Assembly: GCA_963702025.1 (NCBI GenBank)
Contig: OY969699.1
Location: forward strand, 608,001-672,000
Source of the DNA: an uncultured bacterium
GTDB taxonomy: Bacteria > Babelota > Babeliae > Babelales > Vermiphilaceae
Length of the DNA stretch: 64,000 nt
Direction: 5' to 3'
The notes beneath the pieces are model-generated. The model had not been told where the DNA came from and ran no database searches. It saw only the letters and a program-made list of their open reading frames with translations. Below, in pieces: positions 56,189 to 64,000 of the stretch (position 1 is the stretch's first letter; every line of letters starts with the position of its first letter). A program made the translations under genes and the position numbers.

Positions 56189-56190
56189 AA

Positions 56191-56220
56191 AAAACCCCAG
56201 CTTTTTAAAGCTGAGGTTTT
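56191..56220. terminator. Bidirectional terminator
   Basis: aaaaccccagcttt-tt-aaagctgaggtttt between convergent genes. Confidence 0.65.
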
Positions 56221-56240
56221 ATTATTTTAAAAATGAGATC

Positions 56241-57446
56241 TTATTCCCACAGAACACTTTGTTTTATTTTTTCCTTTAATAAGTTGTTTATAAACTTAAT
56301 ATCAAAGTCAAGTTGTTCTGATTTTCCTTTCTGCAGTTGAATAAGGAGGCGTTGTTTTTCTTTATATAGATCATCATAATTCATCTCTTGCCAAGCTTGC
56401 TCTCTTGAAGGCTTAAGCGCTACTTGAGGAGCTTTTTCAGTTTTTGCTTTTGCTTCTATTTCTGCAATCCTTTTTTGTAGCTCTTCTGGAGTTGTTTTTG
56501 CTTCTCTTTCTGCAATCCTTTTTTGTAACTCTTCTGGAGTAATTGTCCCCAACGGAGATACTTTTGCGGCAACTATTGGCAGTAGTAGTTTTTTGAGGCT
56601 TTCAAGTAAGGTGTTTTCTTTCATGCGTAAGCCTCGTAATGCAAGTTTTATTTCTTCTCGTTGTGCAGCTTCTTTTTTACCCTCACCAAGTTCTCTTTCT
56701 TTCTCAGCTAACGGTTGCCGTTCGGCATCAATTTGTTTCAATTGTTCTATTATTTCCGCTTGTTCTTTTGAAGGTATTTGCGCTGGCCATTCAACTCCTT
56801 TTCTTGCTAAAAGTTCTGTAATTTCTTTAATTCTTTCTTGTTGAACCGATTCTCCTAAGATTACCGGAAGAACCACGGATGCAATACCTTTTGGAGCAGG
56901 AGGAGCCGGTGGTGCTGGCGGAACTGGCGGTTTAACAGGTTCTTGCACTGGAGCCTTTGGTTGTGCAGGTGCAGGTTTTATTACTGGTACTAATCGAACT
57001 GGTGTCACTTTTACCTGTTCTCGTGGCGGAACAGCTGGTGGTGTCTTTTTGATAGGTTCTTCGCGTGCTGGAACGGGTGGAGCTTTAGGTTTTGGTTGAG
57101 GTAATGTTGGCAATGGTCGCGCTGCCATCGGCTGTTGTGCTAATGAAGCTTTGATTGCCTTTTCTATTTCCGCTTGTTCTTGCGCAGCGATTATTTCCTT
57201 CTTTTCTTGTTCTAAATTTTCCCACAAAGAAAGCAATGATCCAACAGTGGCTTCTCGCTCTTGCTCACTAATATTTGGATTTTGATAAATCTGCCCCAGT
57301 GAGTTTTGAATTCTGGTGATTTCATCATCTATATTTTCAATTGAAGGTTTTACTCTCAGTCGGGGAAGCTCAGGAAGTTCCATCCCACTACTCAAGCAAG
57401 TGATGCCTATGAGGGCTAAGGCAAGTAATAGTAAATTTTTCTTCAT
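56241..57446 (-). CDS. Secreted Pro-rich coiled-coil protein with UIM-like and SH3-ligand motifs
   Basis: AAGGAG SD; signal ...LSSG|ME; EIEKAIKASL; RPLPTLP, PPVPAR, PAVPPR; TPEELQKRIAE twice. Confidence 0.8.
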   Translation of the reverse strand: MKKNLLLLALALIGITCLSSGMELPELPRLRVKPSIENIDDEITRIQNSLGQIYQNPNISEQEREATVGSLLSLWENLEQEKKEIIAAQEQAEIEKAIKASLAQQPMAARPLPTLPQPKPKAPPVPAREEPIKKTPPAVPPREQVKVTPVRLVPVIKPAPAQPKAPVQEPVKPPVPPAPPAPPAPKGIASVVLPVILGESVQQERIKEITELLARKGVEWPAQIPSKEQAEIIEQLKQIDAERQPLAEKERELGEGKKEAAQREEIKLALRGLRMKENTLLESLKKLLLPIVAAKVSPLGTITPEELQKRIAEREAKTTPEELQKRIAEIEAKAKTEKAPQVALKPSREQAWQEMNYDDLYKEKQRLLIQLQKGKSEQLDFDIKFINNLLKEKIKQSVLWE

Positions 57447-57660
57447 AATCAATACTCCTTTTGAGGTCTCTAAATTATAAATAATTAAATATATTTCTAA
57501 TTGTAATTTTAACACAATAAAGGCGTGTTTGCAAGGTTTTTGAAAGGAAAGGGGTGTTTCTTGAAAAAAGGCTATAAAATCAGGAGGTTTCCTGGTTTTT
57601 GCCGTTTTGGCGAGCGCCTTTTATCACTCTAATTCCTGAAAAAATTCGGGAGGTAAGATG

Positions 57661-57730
57661 GTGAGTCCGTTTGCCCCAAAGGGTTATTGAAGGGTGCAAA
57701 AGCGGTAAAAACTATTTTTTATATTGAGTA
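57661..57730 (+). repeat. Degenerate direct repeat, copy 2 (non-coding NUDIX 3' remnant)
   Basis: gggttattgaagggtgcaaaagcggtaaaaactatttttt. Confidence 0.7.
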
Positions 57731-57801
57731 TTGATTTACCCTTTTAAAAATTGCTAATATAAAAATAGAATTAAATTTTGTTGTTAAAAAAGGGAAAATT
57801 A

Positions 57802-58107
57802 ATGAAGTTAAATTATATTATAGTAATCTTGTGCCTTATGAGTAGCCCACTCTTTGGTTATTGGGCGAATCGCAATTTTGCTGCAACGTTAATACAAAGA
57901 TATCCATCTTATGGGCAAAAAATAGAGCAGTTAAATAAAGAACTCATCGCTGCATGGGATCGTTTAGAGCGGAATGATAAAGATAAAGAAGCGCTTACAA
58001 TATTGGAAAGAAAATCAAAAGAGCTTGCGGACACTATTTGCGAAGCAGCCCGGAGAGAAATTAAAGAACAGATAACCGAAGAAAAAGAGTTTGTCATAAT
58101 TCAATAA
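57802..58107 (+). CDS. Small secreted helical hypothetical protein
   Basis: AAGGG SD, signal peptide, coiled-coil composition. Confidence 0.6.
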   Translation: MKLNYIIVILCLMSSPLFGYWANRNFAATLIQRYPSYGQKIEQLNKELIAAWDRLERNDKDKEALTILERKSKELADTICEAARREIKEQITEEKEFVIIQ

Positions 58108-58955
58108 TTACCTTCTTTAATCTGCAAAAATAGATTTTTCCAAAATATCTTGCTGCTGCCGGGCATTGGTGGTTGAGTGAGTGCGTTCTTTAAGTGTGCA
58201 ATTACCTGTTCTGCCAGCTGCGCTTTTGTTTTATTGTTATCACGGATATTTTTTTTATACTCATCGGCCCAATAAATAATAAGTTGATCAACAAGCGTGA
58301 GTGTTTCCCATTCATTAACAGTGGATGCATCTAATTCTTTGCTAAATGCCAGAGGATCTTGGAATGCGGTGGTGGTAAAAAATGAGAGTAGTGGATGCGA
58401 AAGCGGTTGGGTGCTGCTGCCAAGGTTCTCAATAAGACACCGCGATAGTATCGTGGGCAAAATAAATTCGGCACGTTGGGCAAGAAGAAGAAAATGGTAT
58501 CCTTCAGGCGGTTCTTCTAATGATTTGAGCAAAGCGTTGGCGCAGGCGGGCGAAAGTAAATCAGCTTTTTGCAGCACAAAGTAAAAGTGCTGATTTGGTT
58601 CGAGCGCGTAGGAAATTGTTGAAAAAATAACCTTTAGATCATCAACCACATACTGCTTTTCCGGGCACAACCAAATAATTGATTCGTGGCATTGTTCGCG
58701 AACTTTGCGGCAGTTGGTGCATACGGAGCAGGGTTGGGCATGGTTCGATACGATTGCTTCGCAATCACTCACCACGAGCGGATTAGTTTTCCGCTCATCC
58801 TGAGCTTGCCGAAGGACGGCGGACAAGCAAAAATTCTTTTGCAGCAAATAGATTGCATGCTCGAGTGTCTTTTGTTCATCGCCGATGCACAAATAGGCCG
58901 GATGATCTTTAGATAAGCGTGCTGTTTGATAAGAAGTTGATTGTGCCGTGTTCAT
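58101..58955 (-). CDS. holB: DNA polymerase III delta-prime subunit with in-frame repeat insert
   Basis: C..PCSVCTNC Zn module, ANALLKSLEEPP, LPTILSRC; directly downstream of tmk. Confidence 0.88.
   Translation of the reverse strand: MNTAQSTSYQTARLSKDHPAYLCIGDEQKTLEHAIYLLQKNFCLSAVLRQAQDERKTNPLVVSDCEAIVSNHAQPCSVCTNCRKVREQCHESIIWLCPEKQYVVDDLKVIFSTISYALEPNQHFYFVLQKADLLSPACANALLKSLEEPPEGYHFLLLAQRAEFILPTILSRCLIENLGSSTQPLSHPLLSFFTTTAFQDPLAFSKELDASTVNEWETLTLVDQLIIYWADEYKKNIRDNNKTKAQLAEQVIAHLKNALTQPPMPGSSKIFWKNLFLQIKEGNY
58739..58818. repeat. Family A palindromic doublet inside holB coding sequence
   Basis: catggttcgatacgattgcttcgcaatcactcaccacgagcgg...ccgctcatcctgagcttgccgaaggac. Confidence 0.9.
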
Positions 58956-58959
58956 GGGA

Positions 58960-59598
58960 TCAATTGGTGCTTTGGAGTTTTGATACAATTTCCTGTAGAG
59001 CCTGTTCAGTTACTTTTTCAGGCGATTGAGTGCCATCAACAATAATAACATCTTTACGATCTTTATACAGTGTATCAAAACCGTGCATCAGCTTTTGGAT
59101 AAATTCCTGTTTTTCTTTTTCAAATGAGGTGAGTTCCACGTTGCGCTGTAAGATGCGTTCGGTTGCAATTTCGGCAGAAACATGTACATAGATTGTGATG
59201 TCGGGCCTACTATTTTGCATTACCCATTCATTGATCATGGTAATTTTAGCAGTGTCAAGGCCGCGCCCATACCCTTGATATACTATTGATGAATCGGCCA
59301 TGCGATCAGAAATAATTATTTTATTTTGTTGCAAGTTTGGCAGTATAACATCGGCAAAATGTTGCGCGCGATCAGCAGCAAAGAGTAAAAATTCTGCTTT
59401 TGCAGTTATGGGCACTCTTTTTTCTTGCACCAAGATGCGTAAATATTGCCCGAGCGGGGTGGCGCCGGGCTCTTTGGTGAGCAGCACCGGATATTGCTGC
59501 TTGTTCAGTTGGTCATAGAGATTTTTGGCGAGGGTGCTTTTGCCCGATCCATCGATTCCCTCGATAGCGATTAAAATACCTTTTTTTAATTGAGGCAT
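58960..59598 (-). CDS. tmk: Thymidylate kinase
   Basis: EGIDGSGKST, KEPG, FAADRAQH, SDR, YQGYGRG. Confidence 0.96.
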   Translation of the reverse strand: MPQLKKGILIAIEGIDGSGKSTLAKNLYDQLNKQQYPVLLTKEPGATPLGQYLRILVQEKRVPITAKAEFLLFAADRAQHFADVILPNLQQNKIIISDRMADSSIVYQGYGRGLDTAKITMINEWVMQNSRPDITIYVHVSAEIATERILQRNVELTSFEKEKQEFIQKLMHGFDTLYKDRKDVIIVDGTQSPEKVTEQALQEIVSKLQSTN

Positions 59599-59666
59599 GA
59601 AAAATCCTGTATTATTGCTTTGGTGTCCAATATATGGCACAATCGTTAATAATCAATGAGGTAATA

Positions 59667-60029
59667 ATGTATAAAATATCTAAAACTAAAGAATACCAGG
59701 AATGGTTTGAAGAAGAAACTGAAAAATCCAAAAAAAAATCGAAACTTAAAATTAAGAAAAACGCTGAAGTTGTTGCATTTAGTCCAACTCGTGAATTATT
59801 AAATGAAAATTTTTTAGGAAGAGCAATTATTGAATGTTTAAAGAACAATGACCCAGAAGGTGTTATAGAAATTATTAGTACATATTTAGAAACAATTAAT
59901 AAAATGCAATCTGCCCAGCAGGTGAGCCTTTCCCGTTCCACATTGTATCATAGTTTGAAAGGTAAAAATCCTACGCTTAAAACACTAGCGAAGCTGATGC
60001 ATGCAAGTGCTTTGGAAATGCGTAAGTAG
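59667..60029 (+). CDS. HTH addiction-module antitoxin fused to a RelE/HigB-like toxin N-terminal stub
   Basis: GAGGT SD; MYKISKTKEYQEWF start; ECLKNNDPEG, SRSTLYHSLKGKNPTLKTLAKL HTH. Confidence 0.65.
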   Translation: MYKISKTKEYQEWFEEETEKSKKKSKLKIKKNAEVVAFSPTRELLNENFLGRAIIECLKNNDPEGVIEIISTYLETINKMQSAQQVSLSRSTLYHSLKGKNPTLKTLAKLMHASALEMRK

Positions 60030-60046
60030 TATTTTCTAAGAAAGGA

Positions 60047-61603
60047 ATGAGAATGGTCTCTATTTCTGCGCACGAGCAACAATTTTATAATCAGTTACGT
60101 TCATTTATAACCAATGAAGATGGCGCTCTTATGAATTTGGGGCAGCTGCTTGCCTTTGCTGCTAAAAAATATCCGGATCGGGTGGCGCTGATATACCATG
60201 ATCAAAAAGTTACCTATCAAGAGCTTTTTTATCGCGCAAGTTTATTTACGCGCAAGTTAAAAGAAAATGGAGTGAAGCCTCGTGATCGCGTTTTACTCTT
60301 TTTTGAAAATTCTATTGAATTTTATATTGGTTATTATGGCATTGCTCAAACCGGAGCGGTGGTTGCGCCATTAAATATTTATTTAAAAGAACGCGAGCTG
60401 ACTCATATTGTTGCCGATTCACAGCCGGCCTTTTTAGTTGCTTCAACAATATTACTTAAAAAAATGGAAGAGGAACATATTGATATAAAAGTTCCTCTTC
60501 TTACTGAACAGGATATGGATTTGGCTAGTCCAATTGACATAGCGGTCTTGCAGCCGGTCCCCGCATTGTTACAACCGAATGAAATGGCTCTATTATTGTA
60601 TACCTCAGGTACCACAGGCTTGCCAAAAGGGGTGATGCTGAGTTCCAAAAATGCATTAATCAATTGCATTCAATATCTTTCTCGCTTGGGATTTGTTGAA
60701 GATGAGCGCGTTTTTGGGGTGTTGCCTTTTTTTCATAGCTTCGCCCAAAGTACCTGCGTCTGGGGAACTCTCTTAATGGGCTGTGCGGTGATTATTGTGC
60801 CACGCATTGAGCGCCGCTATATCCTTGAAGGGCTGATGCATGGGCCGACGATTTTTTTGGGTGTGCCGGCATTGTTTGGTCTTATGTGCCTTATGAAAAA
60901 TGCTGATCTTGCGTCAGTTAACTATTTTGCCAGTGGTGGCGATGCAATGCCTGATAAAATTCGGGGAACATTTGAAATGATTTATGGTCGCAAAATTGCT
61001 GCCGGCTATGGGTTAACTGAAACATCGCCAGTGCTTACTGCCGATCTTGATGACACCACAGAGCCAACAGAAAATGTTGGAAAACCCTTAATTGGGGTGA
61101 CTGTTCAAATTCGTGATGAGAAGGGGGGTGTTTTGCCAGATGGATTAATAGGCGAAATTTGGGTTGCCGGCGACAATGTTATGTTGGGATATTATAATGA
61201 GCCGGAAAAAACTGCGCAAACAATTATCAATGGCTGGCTGGATACAGGAGACCTTGGCTATATTGGTCCTCAGGGAAAACTGGTAATAACCGGGCGATTA
61301 AAAGATGTTATTGCTAATAAGGGGTTTAAAATTTACCCGCAAGAAATTGAGAATGTGATCCTTATGTATCCCAATGTGGTGCGCGCGGCAGTTATTGGGG
61401 AGGTTGATGAATCGGTAGGCGAGATAGCAGTTGCCTATGTGCAACTTAGGCATGCTGAACAAGAGGCTGAGCAAAAGGTTCGGGAGCTTTGTGAGCGCAA
61501 TCTGGCTGCCTATAAAGTTCCCCGTAAATTCATCTTTGTGACGCATAATTTGCCCATGACCGGGACAGGCAAAGTTGACAAGAAAGAGTTGAGAAAGAAA
61601 TAA
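60047..61603 (+). CDS. fadD: Long-chain-fatty-acid--CoA ligase
   Basis: YTSGTTGLPKG, LPFFHSF, GYGLTETSP, TGDLG, GRLKD, TGKVDK. Confidence 0.85.
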   Translation: MRMVSISAHEQQFYNQLRSFITNEDGALMNLGQLLAFAAKKYPDRVALIYHDQKVTYQELFYRASLFTRKLKENGVKPRDRVLLFFENSIEFYIGYYGIAQTGAVVAPLNIYLKERELTHIVADSQPAFLVASTILLKKMEEEHIDIKVPLLTEQDMDLASPIDIAVLQPVPALLQPNEMALLLYTSGTTGLPKGVMLSSKNALINCIQYLSRLGFVEDERVFGVLPFFHSFAQSTCVWGTLLMGCAVIIVPRIERRYILEGLMHGPTIFLGVPALFGLMCLMKNADLASVNYFASGGDAMPDKIRGTFEMIYGRKIAAGYGLTETSPVLTADLDDTTEPTENVGKPLIGVTVQIRDEKGGVLPDGLIGEIWVAGDNVMLGYYNEPEKTAQTIINGWLDTGDLGYIGPQGKLVITGRLKDVIANKGFKIYPQEIENVILMYPNVVRAAVIGEVDESVGEIAVAYVQLRHAEQEAEQKVRELCERNLAAYKVPRKFIFVTHNLPMTGTGKVDKKELRKK

Positions 61604-61726
61604 TTTGATTTTTAATCAAAGCTCGGTTAAAGTAATAATCAGTTAAGTAATTAACACATTAAATCTCGATAACCTCCATTTCCCCTATCCGTGACGTTCT
61701 GTCTGGATGGGGGTAAAATTTTTTAA

Positions 61727-62704
61727 ATGAATACTAAAAATACAAATCGTCTTTTTCCATTTATAAAAAAGAACCGTTTTTATAATAGTTCTACAGAGAA
61801 ACCGGAAAGTTTTTTATTTCAAACAATGCCGACTTTTCTTAGTTCGCTGTATAACAGAAAAAAAAGACTACCTGAAAATAAGGCCGATTGGATTGTTGCT
61901 CATGAGCCACTCCCAAAGAGTATAGAGCCGGCTATCACCTGGATTGGGCATGCGACCTTTTTAATTCAAGTTAATGGGGTTAATATACTCACTGACCCTA
62001 TATTTGGGCCAGCTTCCGCATTTTTTCCTCGTATTTTACCCCCAGGTATTCCAATTCATCAACTTCCCGGCATTGATTTAGTGTTACTTTCCCATAATCA
62101 TCGTGATCATTGTGATTTGGCAACCCTTGGCGAGCTTAAAAAAAATAATCCTCAGATGACTCTTTTAGTACCCTCAGGCGACAAAGTCTGGCTGGAAAAA
62201 AAGGGCTTTGTTGCTGTTGAACATCATTGGGGTGATACCTACATTCATGGGGAAACGAAGACTACCTGCACCTTTTTGCCTGCCCATCACTGGTCAGCGC
62301 AAGGGATTTTTGATCGCAATAAATCACTGTGGGGAAGCTGGATGATCGAATCTCCCGTATCCTCAAAGACAATCTATTTTGCCGGTGATACTGCGTATAG
62401 CAAACATTTTTCTTATATTGGCGCGCAGTTTCCTAACATTGGCGCTGCATTGATGCCCATAGCTCCCGAAACGCCCCATCCATGGATGCGCAAATCCCAT
62501 CTGGATACCCATCAGGCGGTACAGGCATTTGCCGATTTGAAGGCGGATCATTTTATTCCCATGCACTGGGGCACATTTCAATTTGGCCTGGATACATTCC
62601 AAGGACCTATCGATCGATTGCAAAATGCCTGGCACGCTCGGCAACTTGATCAAAAAAATAAAAAACTGACTATTGCTAAAGTGGGCCAGCGGTTGCTAGT
62701 GTAA
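61727..62704 (+). CDS. MBL-fold hydrolase, NAPE-PLD/RomA-like
   Basis: WIGHATF, TDPIF, SHNHRDH, PAHHWS, FAGDT, PMHWGTF. Confidence 0.88.
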   Translation: MNTKNTNRLFPFIKKNRFYNSSTEKPESFLFQTMPTFLSSLYNRKKRLPENKADWIVAHEPLPKSIEPAITWIGHATFLIQVNGVNILTDPIFGPASAFFPRILPPGIPIHQLPGIDLVLLSHNHRDHCDLATLGELKKNNPQMTLLVPSGDKVWLEKKGFVAVEHHWGDTYIHGETKTTCTFLPAHHWSAQGIFDRNKSLWGSWMIESPVSSKTIYFAGDTAYSKHFSYIGAQFPNIGAALMPIAPETPHPWMRKSHLDTHQAVQAFADLKADHFIPMHWGTFQFGLDTFQGPIDRLQNAWHARQLDQKNKKLTIAKVGQRLLV

Positions 62705-62718
62705 AGCTGGTTTTAGTT
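62668..62718 (+). repeat. 51-bp direct repeat, copy 1
   Basis: gactattgctaaagtgggccagcggttgctagtgtaaagctggttttagtt. Confidence 0.92.
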
Positions 62719-62741
62719 ATTCTGAACCAATTTTCGACAAA

Positions 62742-63122
62742 CTACTGCATTTTACTTTTTATAAAATCAAATGCTTCTTTAGTTTGTTGTAAAGTGATTT
62801 TTGCGGTTGTGAGGTCGGGCATAATATATGTTGAATCAGGATAGCGGCTGTAGGTTATATGGGGATCAAGATCTAAAGAGATTGAGTTTAATGTGAAAAA
62901 TTCTTCATCAAACTGAGTGCAGAGTCTCATTAGTTTTATTAAATCATGAGTTTTTGGTTTTGCTTGTTTTTTAAACGATAAATATGCTTTTAAGGCTTTT
63001 TCAATGCATTGTTGGCAGTGATAGAAAACTCCGGAGGCTGTAACTTCAGGATGGTTGATAAGAATTGATGCAATTCTAAGATCATTTTCAGCCCATAGGA
63101 GCCATGTTTCATGCTCGAGCAT
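62742..63122 (-). CDS. HEPN domain protein
   Basis: WLLWAENDL, YHCQQCIEKALKAYL, KTHDL, YSRYP. Confidence 0.9.
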   Translation of the reverse strand: MLEHETWLLWAENDLRIASILINHPEVTASGVFYHCQQCIEKALKAYLSFKKQAKPKTHDLIKLMRLCTQFDEEFFTLNSISLDLDPHITYSRYPDSTYIMPDLTTAKITLQQTKEAFDFIKSKMQ

Positions 63123-63432
63123 AGATTTTTTTGCCTTTGCGTTTTATAGAGTAAAAAACTCGGGTTTTATCTTCCGAAGCAATATCAAATTCTGCTTTAC
63201 CTAAGACTAGAATATCTTTTGAAATATCTAAGCCTAACAATGCTCTATGGCCTTCAGACATAGCTTTAAACAGATTTTTAGGGTCACATTTATCTACAAT
63301 GATAAGCAGATCAAGATCACTTTCCTCATCCGCGGTGCCACGCGCATAAGATCCAAAGATATATATCTCAACTGGGTTAAATGTCTCAATAAGCCGTTTT
63401 TTTATCTCTTCTATCATCTTTGCGTCAATCAT
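63109..63432 (-). CDS. Minimal nucleotidyltransferase (MNT)
   Basis: IFGSYARGTADEESDLDL; GGAG SD; overlaps the HEPN start. Confidence 0.9.
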   Translation of the reverse strand: MIDAKMIEEIKKRLIETFNPVEIYIFGSYARGTADEESDLDLLIIVDKCDPKNLFKAMSEGHRALLGLDISKDILVLGKAEFDIASEDKTRVFYSIKRKGKKIYARA

Positions 63433-63503
63433 TGGATACTCCAAAGGTTAGTAAAACTAAGTTTATCAAATCTGGATGATACAAGTAAATAATGAAATAT
63501 GCC

Positions 63504-63554
63504 GACTATTGCTAAAGTGGGTCAGCGGTTGCTAGTGTAAAGCTGGTTTTAGTT
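63504..63554 (+). repeat. 51-bp direct repeat, copy 2
   Basis: One mismatch to 62668-62718. Confidence 0.92.
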
Positions 63555-63577
63555 CCTTTAGCTTGTAAACGGTAACT

Positions 63578-64000
63578 ATGGTTTACATTAGTATCGTTGT
63601 GGCGTTTTTTTTAGTTGGAATGAATAGTAATGCCATGGAGTTGAGTGACCAAGAGTTACTTGAGCATTGTGGTGCTACAACACAAGCGCCGCTTTTGGAA
63701 TTTCCTTTTCAGCTAGTTCAGCTTATGCCGATTGTTATTTATAGATGGAATGGCAAATATGCTATTCATCGAATGACCGCTTATAAAAAAAGTAATTTGT
63801 ATGGGTTGTCTGAAAAAGATTTGCAATGCATTAAAAATGAAAATTTTGTCATAACTGATAATTTTACCATTATTAAAGATCCATCCGACAAAAGTTCAGT
63901 GCTGGCAGGAGCCATCATATTAAACACCAAGGATAACTCATTGTTCTGCAAATTAAAATGCGCTAATTTGTGGGCCTGTGATTATCTTGATAAAATGATG
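63578..64000 (+). CDS. Secreted hypothetical protein, 5' part (runs off the window)
   Basis: MVYISIVVAFFLVGMNSNA|MELSDQELL..., open for 141 codons to the window end. Confidence 0.7.
   Translation, partial: MVYISIVVAFFLVGMNSNAMELSDQELLEHCGATTQAPLLEFPFQLVQLMPIVIYRWNGKYAIHRMTAYKKSNLYGLSEKDLQCIKNENFVITDNFTIIKDPSDKSSVLAGAIILNTKDNSLFCKLKCANLWACDYLDKMM

Noticed and set aside
56590..56680. WH2 actin-binding motif in the Pro-rich protein
   Set aside because: No convincing helix plus LKK[TV] signature; only loose resemblance

Overview
AT-rich bacterial chromosome segment. The gene content points to an intracellular protist parasite of Candidatus Dependentiae (TM6/Babelota); this is inference, not a database hit. 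The housekeeping backbone comprises the lspA 3' end, a ComF-family gene, PrsA/SurA-like chaperones, sbcD, glmU, tRNA-Ser(CGA), mreB, rsmA, uppS, RNase P RNA, a class A PBP, murG, dciA, mgtA-archease-rtcB-NUDIX, holB, tmk and fadD. It is interleaved with about 30 signal-peptide orphan or eukaryote-like genes, often in diverged tandem pairs. These include WD40+RING, Skp1-like+WD40, a UIM plus SH3-ligand proline-rich protein and a secreted GlnE-like nucleotidyltransferase. The window also has two MNT-HEPN modules, a toxin-deleted TA fusion and an IS630 that splits a secreted-protein gene. Main observations: (1) about 18 secreted proteins have Met right at the predicted signal-peptidase cleavage site; (2) five accessory inserts are flanked by direct repeats that copy the 3' end of the upstream gene; (3) a REP/RPE-like palindromic family nests inside itself, supplies stop codons and sits in frame inside the HolB zinc module; (4) two protamine-like microproteins are missing from the ORF track. 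No CRISPR array, rRNA or integrase was seen.
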